Positions 1-13,262 of a DNA stretch of 64,000 nucleotides are shown here, one piece after another. The stretch spans positions 1-64,000 of the forward strand of contig NW_021834236.1 of NCBI RefSeq assembly GCF_006345805.1, in the 5' to 3' direction. A model generated the notes under the pieces. The model did not search any database and was not told the DNA's origin. It saw only the letters and a list, made by a program, of their open reading frames with translations. The DNA is from Octopus sinensis. Lineage: Eukaryota. Position numbers and translations under genes: made by a program. The stretch's first letter is position 1. Each line of letters opens with the position of its first letter.

Positions 1-242
1 AAATTCTACTCGTAGAGATACACGTATGTAGTTCCGTATTTTCTATATATTACACACACACACACATATATATACACACATTCACACACACGAATACACA
101 TATACGCATATTCATAGATTTAAAAGAAGATACATGCATAACACACGTCCACCAGTTTCTACTACTACACACACACACACGCACACACTCACACACTTAC
201 ACACATTATGCTCATATGTTTTCCACATATATACATATCCAT

Positions 243-340
243 CTAACTATCTATCGATCTATCTATCTCTCTACCAATCTAAGTATCTATCCATCTATCT
301 ATCCATCAATCTACCTCTCTACCTATCTAAGTATCTATCC

Positions 341-407
<67 letters not shown>

Positions 408-408
408 C

Positions 409-463
<55 letters not shown>

Positions 464-600
464 CATCCATCTATCTATACATCTTTCCATGTATGTGTGT
501 ATGTATGTATGTATGTATGTATGTATGTATGTATGTATGTATCTATCTATCTACCTGTCTGTCATTCTCTGTCTCTTTCTCTATTTATCTGTCTGTATAC
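243..600. repeat. Compound (TATC)n/(TATG)n microsatellite
   Basis: Direct tetranucleotide runs; they generate the spurious YLSI/MYVC ORFs at 134-738. Confidence 0.95.
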
Positions 601-1997
601 ATACATATATATAAACATGTATATATATATATTAAAGAGAGAGAGAGAAAGACACAACACACACCACACACACCCACATTATATATATATATATATATAG
701 GTATATCTGTATATATTGCAAGTTATATTTTGACATGATTTTTTTTTTTATCTCAATGACTCACTTTCATTTCCCTTATACCACACTATAAAAACATTCA
801 ATATATGCATTCTCAGTATCAAAAGAAATATATTTTAAAATTCCTATCACATCCAACGTTTTTATTACTTGTACAGCAGTTATAACCTAGATTAAATTTA
901 CTGGATCTCTTCGAATAGATGTAGCGACAAATACTATTATTGCAGATTTGTAGAATGTAAGGTGAGAACCATAAAGTTGTATAGCCTCTAACCATTTTGG
1001 ATTTCGGTTTTAGAAAAACGCAGAAATCTTCCAGCAGCACAGCAGCAAAATATATAATGGTATCATCTGGTCTCTGTCATGAACAGTTATGATTATTTTA
1101 TCATCTATAACAAGAATATTATTCATAGAATGTTGAAAATACGCACCAGAACACGCACTCACAAAAATATTCATACACAAACAATGACAAATACACATAT
1201 GCAGATATACACACATACACACACTTACATATATATTCATAATATATACCCAGCACACACACACAAAACTACATATATTTCTATGCATATATGTGTACAC
1301 ATCTGCATATGGGTAGATATACGTATAATAATATAATTCAAACACAAACATATATACATACACACACAATTATACACAATCAGACGCACGCACACACACA
1401 TATAGGTATATGTTTATGTGCGTGTGTATGAGTCGATGTGTGTAAATATAATAGTTATTCATACCACCCACACCACACACTAGATATATATATATATATA
1501 TACACACACAGATATATATATATATATAATATAATATGTTGTATAAATATATGTATACGTGTATATATATTTATATTCATGTATACCTATATATATATAC
1601 ACTTTAGATATACATATGTACACATATAAATATATTATATACATTACATCCATACATGTATATATTGCATATATAATATATATATATTATATATATATAT
1701 AGATATATATATATATATACACACACACATACTCACATACATATACATATGTGTGTGTTTATATGCGTGCATATGTGCTTATGAATGTAAATTGTAATAC
1801 GATATTGAATGCAATTGTAAGAATAGAGAGGCAATAGTTTACAATGGAGAGGAAAAGATTTTTCCTTACAGTTCAATTGTTGCGAATCACTCTTTGATGT
1901 TTCACGTTCTTGAAAAGGTGCCTGAGGCTCGGAAACATAACACTGCGGATGCAGCTCTCAATATTTTCAGCCCAATCCTAACTATCTCTTTCAATAC

Positions 1998-2245
<248 letters not shown>

Positions 2246-2801
2246 ATTAGTACTAACGCTGTAATTAGATAGACAGACACACACACACACATACATGAAT
2301 GCATATATTTCCACACACACACACACACACACACACACCCACACACACACATATATACATATACATATATACACAAACATGTAAATTTCCTCTATTCGAT
2401 TATATAAACCACATTGAAATATATATTTGCATGCTATATTACTTAACATCGAATTAAATTCGTTTTATTTATTTGTCAGAAATACATCCATTGAATTACA
2501 TAATAATTAGCTAAGCAAATACATGTTAATCACTAACGCTCTATAAGTGCATCGTTTTATGAATTCATTAATACTGTAAGAAATATTGAGATACTATTGA
2601 GATATTATTACTTTATAGTCAAATTCATCTGGAATATTAATGGATCTGAAATTGCTAGTAGATCTCATACTGTTACTCAAAACTGGGTGCATAGTTTCTT
2701 GTAGCAGAAACAGCTGTAAATTCATGAAGGTGTTTACGTAATCCTTGCACTTTTTTATCCATTTATTTATCAATATCACACTCCGTACCTGCTTGCTGGT
2801 T

Positions 2802-3026
2802 CGAGCTGGCAGAAACTTTAGCACGCCGGGCGAAATACTTAGCAGTATTTCGTCTGTCGTTACGCGCTGAGTTCAAATTCCGCCGAGGTCGACTTTGCCT
2901 TTCATCCTTTCGGGGTCCATAAATAAAGTACCAGTTTCCCACTGGAGTCGATGTAATCGACTTAATTCCTTTGTCTGTCCTTGTTTGTCCCCTCTATGTT
3001 TAGCCCCTTGTGGGCAGTAGAAAAAT
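2802..3026 (+). mobile_element. Family A tRNA-derived SINE with Nin/Deu-like central domain, monomer
   Basis: Head CGAGCTGGCAGAA, B-box-like GAGTTCAAATTCC, domain GACTTTGCCTTTCATCCTTTCGGGGTC..TAAAGTACCAG; many copies elsewhere in window. Confidence 0.85.
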
Positions 3027-3907
3027 ATATATTAGTGTCCATAGCAGAAAACATTAGAAAATTCATATCTTCTCACACCCAACTTTACATTACTGTCAAG
3101 CGTAATTACACAGAGTTCCAATAATTGGTTATTTGTACCTCTTATGGTTAGCGCAATTGCGAAATACGTTATAATGTATGTAATCGCATATCAGTACCCA
3201 CCTCTTGCGCGTGCAATATCTGTTGGTTCCGTTGTTGTCGTTTTTGATATTCTTGTTGTCGTTGAAACAAGTATCATCCCATAACAATTTGCTCTACGAT
3301 CATATCGTTCTTCAGCCCCGAAAGAACATTCTGCTATTTCGTATATTGTTATCCTACATAGTGTAAGATTCTAGACCATGTAAGATAAGATAGCAACGCA
3401 CGATCTTACCATTGTGAATGCATCACCATAGCTTATAGACTCTACTGGTTATGGTGGTACACTCACAATCATAAGAGCGTGGTTTCGATTCAGGGACGTG
3501 CGTAGTGTTCTTAAGCAAAACATTTCACCTGAAGCTGCTCTGAATTCACTTCGACATTTGAAGCATCGCCCACCGTGTACCTGTAAAGGCAATGTTGACC
3601 TGACGGAGTAAGTGAGCTAATGTACGGTAAATACAGTTGATTACTATAAAGAAATCAACAGGCGCAGGAGTGGTTGTGTGATACGTAGCTTGCCAGATAC
3701 AGCTTGCCTCCTTCTTGTAAGAGGTTTGAAACCTCATATTCATTTTTAAAAAAAGAAAATATGTTTTCGAGAAAAATCCAATCGGCGGGTGTTGGGTTTC
3801 GTCTCTCATTTATTCATTTTATTTCATTTTCATTCATTAATGTATTTGTCCAGCTCGCAAAGCTGCACTCTCTTTGTACTGTCTATATGACAAATTTTAT
3901 GAAATAA

Positions 3908-4059
3908 AGTAGCTTGCTTACCAGCCACATGGTTCCGGGTTCAGTCCCACTGCGTGGCACCATAGGCAAGTGTCTTCTACTATAGCCTTGGGCCAACCAA
4001 ATCATTTTGAGTAGATTTGGTAGACGGAAACTGAAAGAAGCCCGTCGTATATATGTATT

Positions 4060-4113
<54 letters not shown>

Positions 4114-4316
4114 TGTGTCTGTAATTGTCCCCCCCAACCTCGCTTGACAACCGGTGCTGGTGTGTTTTCGTCTCTGTAACCTAGCGATTCGGCAAGAGAC
4201 CGATATTATAAGTACTAGGCTTACAAAGAATAAGTTCTGGGGTCGATTTGCTCGACTAAAGCCGTACTCCAGCATGGCCGCAGTCAAATGACTGAAACAA
4301 GTAAAAGAGTAAAGAG
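3908..4316 (+). mobile_element. Family B CORE-like tRNA-SINE with internal (TG)n
   Basis: GGTTCCGGGTTCAGTCCC box, CORE-like GCACCATAGGCAAGTGTCTT, tail GACTGAAACAAGTAAAAGAGTAAAG. Confidence 0.85.
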
Positions 4317-5011
4317 AGTGTACAAGGTGTTCGGCAAGAAATTGCAGAAACGCCATCTGCCGTTTACGACAGGAGATAATCCTCTCCACAACCCTACATT
4401 ACCCATTATCCATATAGCATTTAAACAATTTTCTTTCCAGAGTTAGACACTATAGTAAAACTACAAAGAATTCGGCTGTTATTTTAGGCAAGTCGTGGTA
4501 CCACGTTGACTGTCCTACACTCGCCCGTGAATAGGTAGCTTTATCTATTTTTTTTTAACCACGACTCAGTAGTGTTACTTAACACCAGATGTTCTCAATC
4601 ATTTTTATGTATGCACCCCTTTGATTAGTATTTTATTCCGGTAGACTCCCGTAGCCATTCGATGTCTAAAAAGTAGTTTTATAGAAACTGCTTTCAAAAT
4701 TCCTATTTTATTTTTCACATAACTTGTGATAGCGTAACTATGTAAAATGTTAGAGATAGAACCCTGACTATTTCTTGTTATATATACCAATACATATATC
4801 TAAAGCGATTTTTTGCAAGGACCCTCAAAATACTATTGCGGATCCCTAATTTACTATTTGTTGCATGGACTCCCAGAAATCTTACATGAATCTTCAGACG
4901 CTACATGGACATCGGTTGAAAAACAGTGGTATTTGGCTGTTGTTTAGGCATATCATGAGGTCATTTTGAGGTTTCTGTATTGGCCTTTGAACATATAAGT
5001 GTTTCTCTATC

Positions 5012-5937
5012 ATTTTCCACTCTAGAACAAGGCTGGGAATTTTTGAGGAGGGGGTAGTAGATTAGATTAAATCCAGTACGCAACTGGCACTTCCTTTATC
5101 GACCCCGAAAGGATGAAAAGCAAAGTCGACCTCGGCGGAATTTGAACTCAGAACATAAAGACAGACAAAATATCGCTAAGCCTGTCACACGGCGGGTTAA
5201 CAATTCTGACAACTCGCTGCCTTAGAAGTGTTTATATATCCTTTTCTACTCTAGGCACAAGGCCCGAAATTTTATGGGAGGGAGCAATCGATTACATCGA
5301 TCCCAGTAAGCAACTGGCACTTCATTTATCGACCCCGAAATGATTAAAGACAAAGTCGACCTGGGCGGAATTTGAACTCAGAACGTAACGGCAGACGAAA
5401 TACCTATTTCTTTACTACCCACAAGGGTCTAAACACAGAGAGGACAAATAAGGACAGACAAACGGATTAAGTGGATTATATCGACCCAGTGCGAAACTGG
5501 TACTTATTTAATCGACCCCGAAAGGAGGAAAGGCAAAGTCGACCTGGGCGGAATTTGAACTCAGAACGTAGCGGCAGACGAAATACCTATTTCTTTATTA
5601 CCCACAAGGGACTAAACATAGAGGGGACAAACAAGGACAGACATAGGTATTAAGTCGATTACATCGACCCCAGTGCGTTACTGGTACTTAATTTATCGAC
5701 CCCCGAAAGGATGAAAGGCAAAGTTGACCTCGGCGGAATTTGAAATCACAACGTAACGACAGACGAAATACGGCTGCACATTTCGCCCGACGTGCTAACG
5801 TTTCTGCCAGCTCGCCGGCTTTTAGAATGAAAGCCAAAGTCGACCTTGGCGGAATTTGAAATCAGAACGTAACGGCGGACGAAATGCCGGTAAGCATTTC
5901 GCCCGACGTGCAAACGTTTCTGCCAGCTCGCCGCCTT
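5012..5937 (-). mobile_element. Array of five family A SINE units (one monomer plus a tetramer)
   Basis: AAAGTCGACCT(C/G/T)GGCGGAATTTGAA-type core repeated five times; heads (CCAGCTCGCC-like) near 5220, 5815 and 5930. Confidence 0.85.
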
Positions 5938-6521
5938 ATAATTGTTTCTATATCGTCATACTGGAAAGTGAAAGCTACGTTCACATATAGTTATTCATTT
6001 CTGGAGCTGTTAAAACGAAGCCACAATTAACATTATAACTACTCTGACATAAATATATTATTGCTGGTTTATTAATTTGCGAGATTGTGGTGTTGTTTAA
6101 TGAAGCCTGCACTTAATGCAGCTCTGAAACATTCTATCTTAGTTTTCCTTTAATGGCACATTAGAAAACCATACTAATTAAGTAGCATTATTGAAATTAG
6201 ATTCTAGAGGAGAGGTTTTGCGCATTTCCTACTTTCCATTTGACATGATAATCATACGGTAACGGATATATATATATACTCACACACACACAAAAACACA
6301 CGTACGCGCGCAAACACACGCTAGCGCACATATATATATATACACACTTATATGCACACACACAAACACGCCCACAGAGAGACATACTCCCATGCGCACG
6401 CACACACACACATAGGCACCCCGACACATATATATATATATGCAGAAAGAAAGAGTAACAGGTAAGAAAAAATGACTGAGTTTAATAGAATGGGAAACAC
6501 TAGAAGGCAGGAAAAAGGAGA

Positions 6522-6561
<40 letters not shown>

Positions 6562-6641
6562 GAGAAAGCGATAAGAGAGAGGGGAGAGGCAAGAGAAAAG
6601 CCTGTGCTTAGATATTATGTTAAGGCAATCATTTGACTGTG

Positions 6642-6675
<34 letters not shown>

Positions 6676-6677
<2 letters not shown>

Positions 6678-6839
6678 AGACGGGTTTCTTACAATTTCCA
6701 TCTACCAAATCCACTCACAAGGCTTTGGTCGGCCTGAGGCTATAGTAGCAGACACTTGCCCAAGGTGCCACGCAGTGGGACTGAACCCGGAACTATGTGG
6801 TTGGTAAGCAAGCTACTTACCACACAGCCTCTCCTACGC
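6676..6839 (-). mobile_element. Family B SINE, 5' half
   Basis: CCAAATCCACTCACAAGGCTTTGGTCGGCC...AAGCTACTTACCACACAGCC. Confidence 0.85.
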
Positions 6840-7214
6840 TTCTATTTAGTAATTCTTCAGACAGAGATTAAAATACTTTATTATTTTAATTCTCGATGTG
6901 AAGTCTTACTATGTCTCAATGTAAATTGAAAAATAAAAAAATAAAAATATACAAGGAACGCTAAATATAAAATACACAAGACTTTCCAGTTTTCTGTTTT
7001 GATATGTAACAACTCAGCAAAAAGTATTTTCCAGTATTTGCAATAATAAGCAGTAATTTCTAGGCGGTGCTCCATGCTGGGGCACCGCCTCGCAGAAGTC
7101 TTATTCAAGCAAACCGAGCTTTCAGTATTTAGATATATCTAAGTAGATGAGGAAACATATTGTACACACAAATAAACACACTATCATACATTTAACACGC
7201 ACGCACACACACAC

Positions 7215-7246
<32 letters not shown>

Positions 7247-7686
7247 GCATACACACATATAAACGCACATACGTACGTACATATATATATATATATCCGC
7301 ATATATATATATCCGGTGTTATCTAATTATGAGTTCAATAGAATTTAATTCGCGCTGGCGTAGATACTGAATATCATGGAAAAGAAGGGGAAAAGCGGGA
7401 AGAAGAGAAAGGAACATGGAAATCTGTTGAAAGATTATATTGAATAGAAAAGAGAAACATCCTTGGTTCGCAATATGTGCATGTAATTAAGAGAACGAGA
7501 GAGAAAGAGAAAGAAGGAGAGCGAGAGAGAGAGAGAAAGAGAGAGAAAGAGAAAGAAGGAGAGCGAGAGAGAGAGGGAAGAAAGCGAGGCGGAATAAGAA
7601 GAGAAAAATCAATGATATGTATGAATGTAGGTATATATGTATGTGTGTATAGGTGTGTGTATATATGTTTCTGCATGTCTGTATAT

Positions 7687-7733
<47 letters not shown>

Positions 7734-7953
7734 GTATGTAAATATGAATATAATATGTCTATAATTCATACGTATATATAATAGTTTATATCGCATAATG
7801 TCATTTATATATAAAATATAATATACTATAAGAGACATGTTTATATATAATACTTATAATATATATACAATTATGCACATAAGTTACAACATATATATAT
7901 ATATATACGTAAATATATACATCTATGCAAGTTACAACAGGTATATATATACG

Positions 7954-7984
<31 letters not shown>

Positions 7985-8928
7985 ATTTAAGTATGCATTT
8001 ATAAATATAAATTGTGTGTTTGTCTATAATATATATGTGCTTGTGTGTGAGTGTGTATGTCAAACTCTCTTTCCTCTATACAGACACAGACACACACACA
8101 CACACACATATATATATAAAGACTGAACTACATACATGCAAATAATTGAAGGCTATATATAAATATGCATATTCGTATGTATATATGTATGAGTGTGTGA
8201 AGGTTCGAGAGAGATATAAACAGACTGACTTATAGACAGGTTTACAAATTCCTTCTTGCTTGCATGACACAATTTTAAAAACATTAAGACAATGCCAAAC
8301 GGAAAAAACCTAATATCTTGTAATTAAAAATAACAAAATTTGAAAAAAAAACGACACTTCTTTTTATGGCTTGTTTTCTGATAACTCTTTGTCACACAGG
8401 AATAGAAAATTTTTAATCTTGTTGTAGATGAGAAGCAGCAACGATCAATATTCTTTTATCCAGAGCATAAGTAAACGAGTGTTAAGCAGTTTTGAAACGT
8501 CCATGAAAACCAACAGCATCTGGCCATCGATCTATTCCAGTCTATAAATAAATACTTCACTGAACGGAAATGTCACAGCAACCATTGATGAGATAGGAAA
8601 ACAAACCACACACAAAAACAGAAAACAAAAAACAAATTGCGAGATGGAAATGGATTTCATTTGAGAAAAATATTAAAAAAATAAAATTATATATTAAATT
8701 AAATAAAGAAGAAAAATAGCGACAAAACCAAGTGGAAATTTGACAGAGAATTTTAAAGTAACGATTATACGTCCAGATCTGTCAGATACAATAATGAAAA
8801 CAGGTTCTATGTGGTTACGAGATATGCGAGAAATACGAGCTATGTCTTCAACTAAATTCAACTGATAAAAATGAAAGAAACATGTAGATGCATGTATGTA
8901 TATCTACATACGTATATCGTTTATCAAT

Positions 8929-9132
8929 GACTTGTTTCAGTTATTGGTATGCGGCCATGCTGTGACACCACCATCTATGGTTTAGTCGAACAAATCCATG
9001 TGTTTGCACATGGTTTCCGTTTGCTAAATTCACTCACAAGGCATCAATTGGCTCGGAGTTATACTAGAAGACACTTGCAAGCTTGCCAGCAAACAGACAT
9101 GTCTGCACATGATGACATATGCACGCACGCAC

Positions 9133-9169
<37 letters not shown>

Positions 9170-9332
9170 AACATGTATATATATATTTACGACGGGCTTC
9201 TTTCAGTTTCCGTCGACCAAATCCATTCACAGGCCGCGGTTACAGTAGGAAACACTTGCCCAAGGTGCCACGCAGTGGGACTGAACCCGGAACCATGTGG
9301 TTGGTAAGCAAGCTACTTACCACACAGCCACT
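8929..9332 (-). mobile_element. Family B SINE with internally duplicated segment
   Basis: Tail GACTTGTTTCAG at 8929, head CACACAGCCACT at 9332; the CACTCACAAGG...GACACTTG segment occurs twice (about 9030 and 9225). Confidence 0.75.
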
Positions 9333-9506
9333 GTGACAAACACCACACACACACACACACACACATACATATATCAGCCGAAATTGCGAAGATGATCTGG
9401 TTCTTGACTGATGACTGAGAGCTTCGAAAGTCCCGTCTGTGTGTTTTTTTGTCGTCTTCTAAATGTTTCACGTTCTTGTCCCAGTTTGTGTTTTTTTAAC
9501 GTTTAC

Positions 9507-9545
<39 letters not shown>

Positions 9546-9964
9546 AACATATAAACATATATATGCGACACATACAGAAAACGGAAAACAATTGAAGAGG
9601 ACACAATCAATTCCTCATTAGTTCTCGACCAGCAGTCATTACTATTTCGACGCATTAATGCTAATATTGTTGAATTTGGCGGCGTCAACGTCAAAAACTG
9701 CTGCTGTACAAGGGAGCAAACACGAAGAGCAGAATGAGACAAATACGAAAGAAAAGCAGAGTCTCTTGATCGAACGATAAAAACGACAAGTTATGATGAT
9801 AAAATTATGTAAAATGAGAAAGCAAGACAAGGAACGAAGAAATAAATATATAATAAACGGCTGTGATAGTAAGTCAGCTCGCCGCCTTTCTGTCGCATTT
9901 TCCCAGACAAATAATACAAACACGGCTGATGCAGACCATTGCCAGTCTCCCGGAGTGGAAAGTA

Positions 9965-10060
9965 GTTAAATGTTTCTGGCTTTGCGTAAAAGAAATTACG
10001 GGAAGATCAGTTAATAATGGTTTTATTCAACATATTCCCTTCTCAGATTCACACATATAT
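9965..10060 (+). mobile_element. Decayed fragment of the mariner-type MITE seen at 58357
   Basis: Shares GTTTCTGGCTTTG.GTAA.AGAAA...GGGAAGATCAGTTAAT with 58372-58415. Confidence 0.6.
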
Positions 10061-10700
10061 AAGTAGCTTATTTATTGGTACATCCGGGTCTTTTTGCGTG
10101 TGATAGAGAGGAAGCGTGGCTGTCACTAAAATGTAAAGGCTAATGATGAAAAGTTTCTATAACATCCTTGAATTTCAACTGTAGATTTTTATTATATTTA
10201 AACAGTAACGACCCTGCGAATCTGCTACCCTGAATGATAATTGCTTCTCAGTTAGACAGAAGGCCAGTCATTCTGATGAGGGAGACTTATACTTGACTGA
10301 TATTTGTGATTTTTTTTTTCATTTTTCAACACTTGAGAGATGGAAGACAACATTGGCCTTCCTGAGATTTGAAATGAGACTGTTAAGAGGTGGAGGAAAT
10401 TGCACGAAATAGACTTTTATCGTTAGAGCGTCTCAGAAAATTGCTTTTCAGTATTTAAAAGTTAAAAAAAAAGAGCAGAAATTTAAAAAGACGAGAAAGT
10501 CTTCACGTTCTGAGTTCAAATCCCGCTGGATTAAATTTCACAAACACACGTTCGAGTTCGATAAAATAAAGTAACAATCAAATCAAATACTGGGGTCGAT
10601 GTAATCGTCTTGTCTCGCACCCCGCAAAATTTCTGGCTTTCTTCTAAAATTCCCTCGAAAATACTTACAATGTTTGAGTTCAAACACGTTCATCATTTTT

Positions 10701-11075
10701 TTTTACTTGTTTCAGTCATTTGATTGTGGCCATGCTGGAGTACCGCCTTTAGTTGAGCAAATCGACCCTAGGACATATTATTTGTAAGCCTAGTACTTAT
10801 TCTATCGGTCTCTTTTGCCGAACCGCTAAGTTACGGGGACAAAAACACACAAGCATCGGTTGTCAAGCGTTGTTGGGGGGGACAAACACAGACACACAAT
10901 CATAAACACATATATACGACGGGCTTCTTTCAGTTTCCGTCTACCAAATCCACTCACAAGGCTTTAGTCGGCCCGAGGCTATAGTAGAAGACACTTGCCC
11001 AAGATGCCACGCAGTGAGACTGAACCCGGAACCTTGTGGTTGGTAAGCAAGCCACTTACCACACCCACGCCTACG
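10701..11075 (-). mobile_element. Family B SINE, full length
   Basis: Tail TTTTACTTGTTTCAGTCATTTGA through head CCACTTACCACACCC. Confidence 0.85.
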
Positions 11076-11619
11076 CTTTAGTTACACATCTAAAGAATCC
11101 AGTAGCAAATTAATTTATTGAACGAGAATTCAATAAACTCCATCTCTCCTATTCAAAAACCAACTCAATGATACTTTTACAATATCATCTTCGACCAAAT
11201 TATGACCGGCACTGTAGATTAAAGCCTGCCGCAAAATAAGCGTTTCTCATGTAATTCCTATTCTTGCCTGAAGTGTTAGTAGTCCGCTTGTAAAAGAGTT
11301 AATGGCAATTCTCAAACGTTCAGAGATAATATAAAACCTTACAAGGTGATCATTTGTGTTTCAAGGTGAATCCTACTCTACAGCAAAGGCCTCACTAATT
11401 TTCTATCAGGGCTAACTAAATTTCTCACCGGTCTTTTTCGTCAAATCGAGTTTCCCTTTGGCCTGGTTTCATCACTATTATTTTCTGTTTCCTTTCTATG
11501 TAATTTTATTATTTCTTATCGCATTCTTTCATACGATCTTTCTTTTCTTCCATTTTCATTCTCTCTCAAACGTGCACACGTACGCCCACACATAACTATT
11601 TCACACAAATGCCTACAAA

Positions 11620-11662
<43 letters not shown>

Positions 11663-11790
11663 CAGTTCATAGACCCTCCTTTCCAATTTTCCTCTGTAGT
11701 ATTTTCTTCCCTCTCTTCCGTCTCTTTCTCCTATATTCTTACACATCATCCATGCAGCTTAAAATCTTTAAGCAGATAAATTTGACAATT

Positions 11791-12224
11791 CTTCTCTTAT
11801 TTGCTTCAGTCATTTGACTGGGACCATGCTGGAGCACCGACTTTGGTCAGACAAATCCATTCCAGAACTCATGCTTTGTAAGCCTAGTACTTTATTCTAT
11901 CGATCGCTTTTGCCGAGCCGCTAGGTTGCTGGAACGTAAACACAACAGCATCAGTGGAAGAGACAAACACAAACACACAAACACACAAATACATACATGC
12001 ATGCATACACACACACACACAGACACACACACACACACACATACACACACACATATATATATATATATACACACGGCAGGCTTCTTTCAGTTTCCGTCTA
12101 CCAAATCCACTCACAAGGCATTTATCGGCCAGCGGCTATAGTAGAAGACATTTGCACAAGGTGCCATTAATGTTGACTCTTGTTTCAGAAGACGTTACTT
12201 GAAGGACTTTGGAAAATCACGCAT
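11791..12224 (-). mobile_element. Family B SINE variant with non-standard 5' segment
   Basis: Body matches family B to CACAAGGTGC, then a 58-bp segment shared only with 63259-63315. Confidence 0.75.
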
Positions 12225-12246
12225 TATTAATAGCGGTGAGAAAACA

Positions 12247-12581
12247 GGCGGCGAGCTGGCAGAAATTTTAGCACGCTGGGTGAAATGCTTAGCAGTATTT
12301 CGTCTGCTGCTACGTTCTGAGTTCAAATTCCGCCGAGGTCGACTTTGCCTTTCATCTTTTCGGGGTCGATTAAATAAGTACCAGTTACGCACTGGGATCA
12401 ATATACTCGACTTAATCCGTTTGTCTGCTCAGTGTTAAGCCCCTTGTGGGTAGTAAAGAAATAGCTATTTCCTCTGTCTTTATGTTCTGAGTCCTTTCGG
12501 GGTCGATAAATTAAGTACCAGTACGATCTAATTGACTGTCTCCCTCTCCAGAAATTTCGGGCCTTGTGCCAAGAGTAGAAA
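12247..12581 (+). mobile_element. Family A SINE dimer
   Basis: Head GGCGGCGAGCTGGCAG, first unit with CCCCTTGTGGG tail, deleted second unit ending GGCCTTGTGCCAAGAGTAGAAA. Confidence 0.85.
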
Positions 12582-12619
12582 AGAATATGTATAACAACAT
12601 AACTTAGAAGGATAACAAC

Positions 12620-12940
12620 ACCCGTCGGTCATGAATGGCCATGGGATTACACCTAGAAAGCCCCTCCCTCCCCCCGATGCACGAGTCCAGGCTAGATTGC
12701 TTATGGAAGACCAGCAGTCGCCCGTGTGTACCACTCTACCTTCTCCACGTCACCGATGTTGTCCAATGGAAAGGCAAATGCTGATATAACTTGGCACCCG
12801 TGACGTCCCCACTTATTTCTGTTCTGAGTGAACTGGAGGAACGTGAAATATAAGTGTCTTGCTCAAGAACGCAACACTCAGCCCGTTCCGAATATGTTGT
12901 GAAGGCTCATGGTTCTAACCATTGAGCCATGCGCCTTCAC
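12620..12940 (-). mobile_element. Family C tRNA-SINE with putative RTE-derived tail (Ceph-SINE-like)
   Basis: Minus-strand head GTGAAGGCGCATGGCTCAATGGTTAGAACC; body GGAAGACCAGCAGTC and TTGGCACC shared with 57851-58117; RTE origin is recalled, not verified. Confidence 0.7.
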
Positions 12941-13262
12941 AACATATCCTGCTAGTAAATATATCCAATTTCGTCTATCAATCGCCCAACAACTTACGAG
13001 ATACATTTTTTTTGTATTGGATGAATAAAATGAAGGTTTTTTTTTTTTTTCTTATTTGATGACTCAAGGAAATATGGTTAATCAGGGGCATGAAATCCAT
13101 TCGATTCTCTGTCCCTCTGCTACCCTGTCCCTTTGCCCCTACCAAGCTTCGTTCATCTTCCTTTTCTTCCATCTCTGTAGGGACCACTCCTTCTAACCTC
13201 TCCTTCAAATCTAGGTCTACTTCAGCTTAGTTAAAGTATGTCATTAGCAGGTAAGAGAGAAA

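Noticed and set aside
8428-8547. Acceptor-like TTGTTGTAG followed by a 39-codon ATG ORF
   Set aside because: Short, no recognisable homology and within chance expectation
9408-9432. CTGATGA...GAAA hammerhead-like spacing
   Set aside because: No convincing stem II, stem III or stem I pairing
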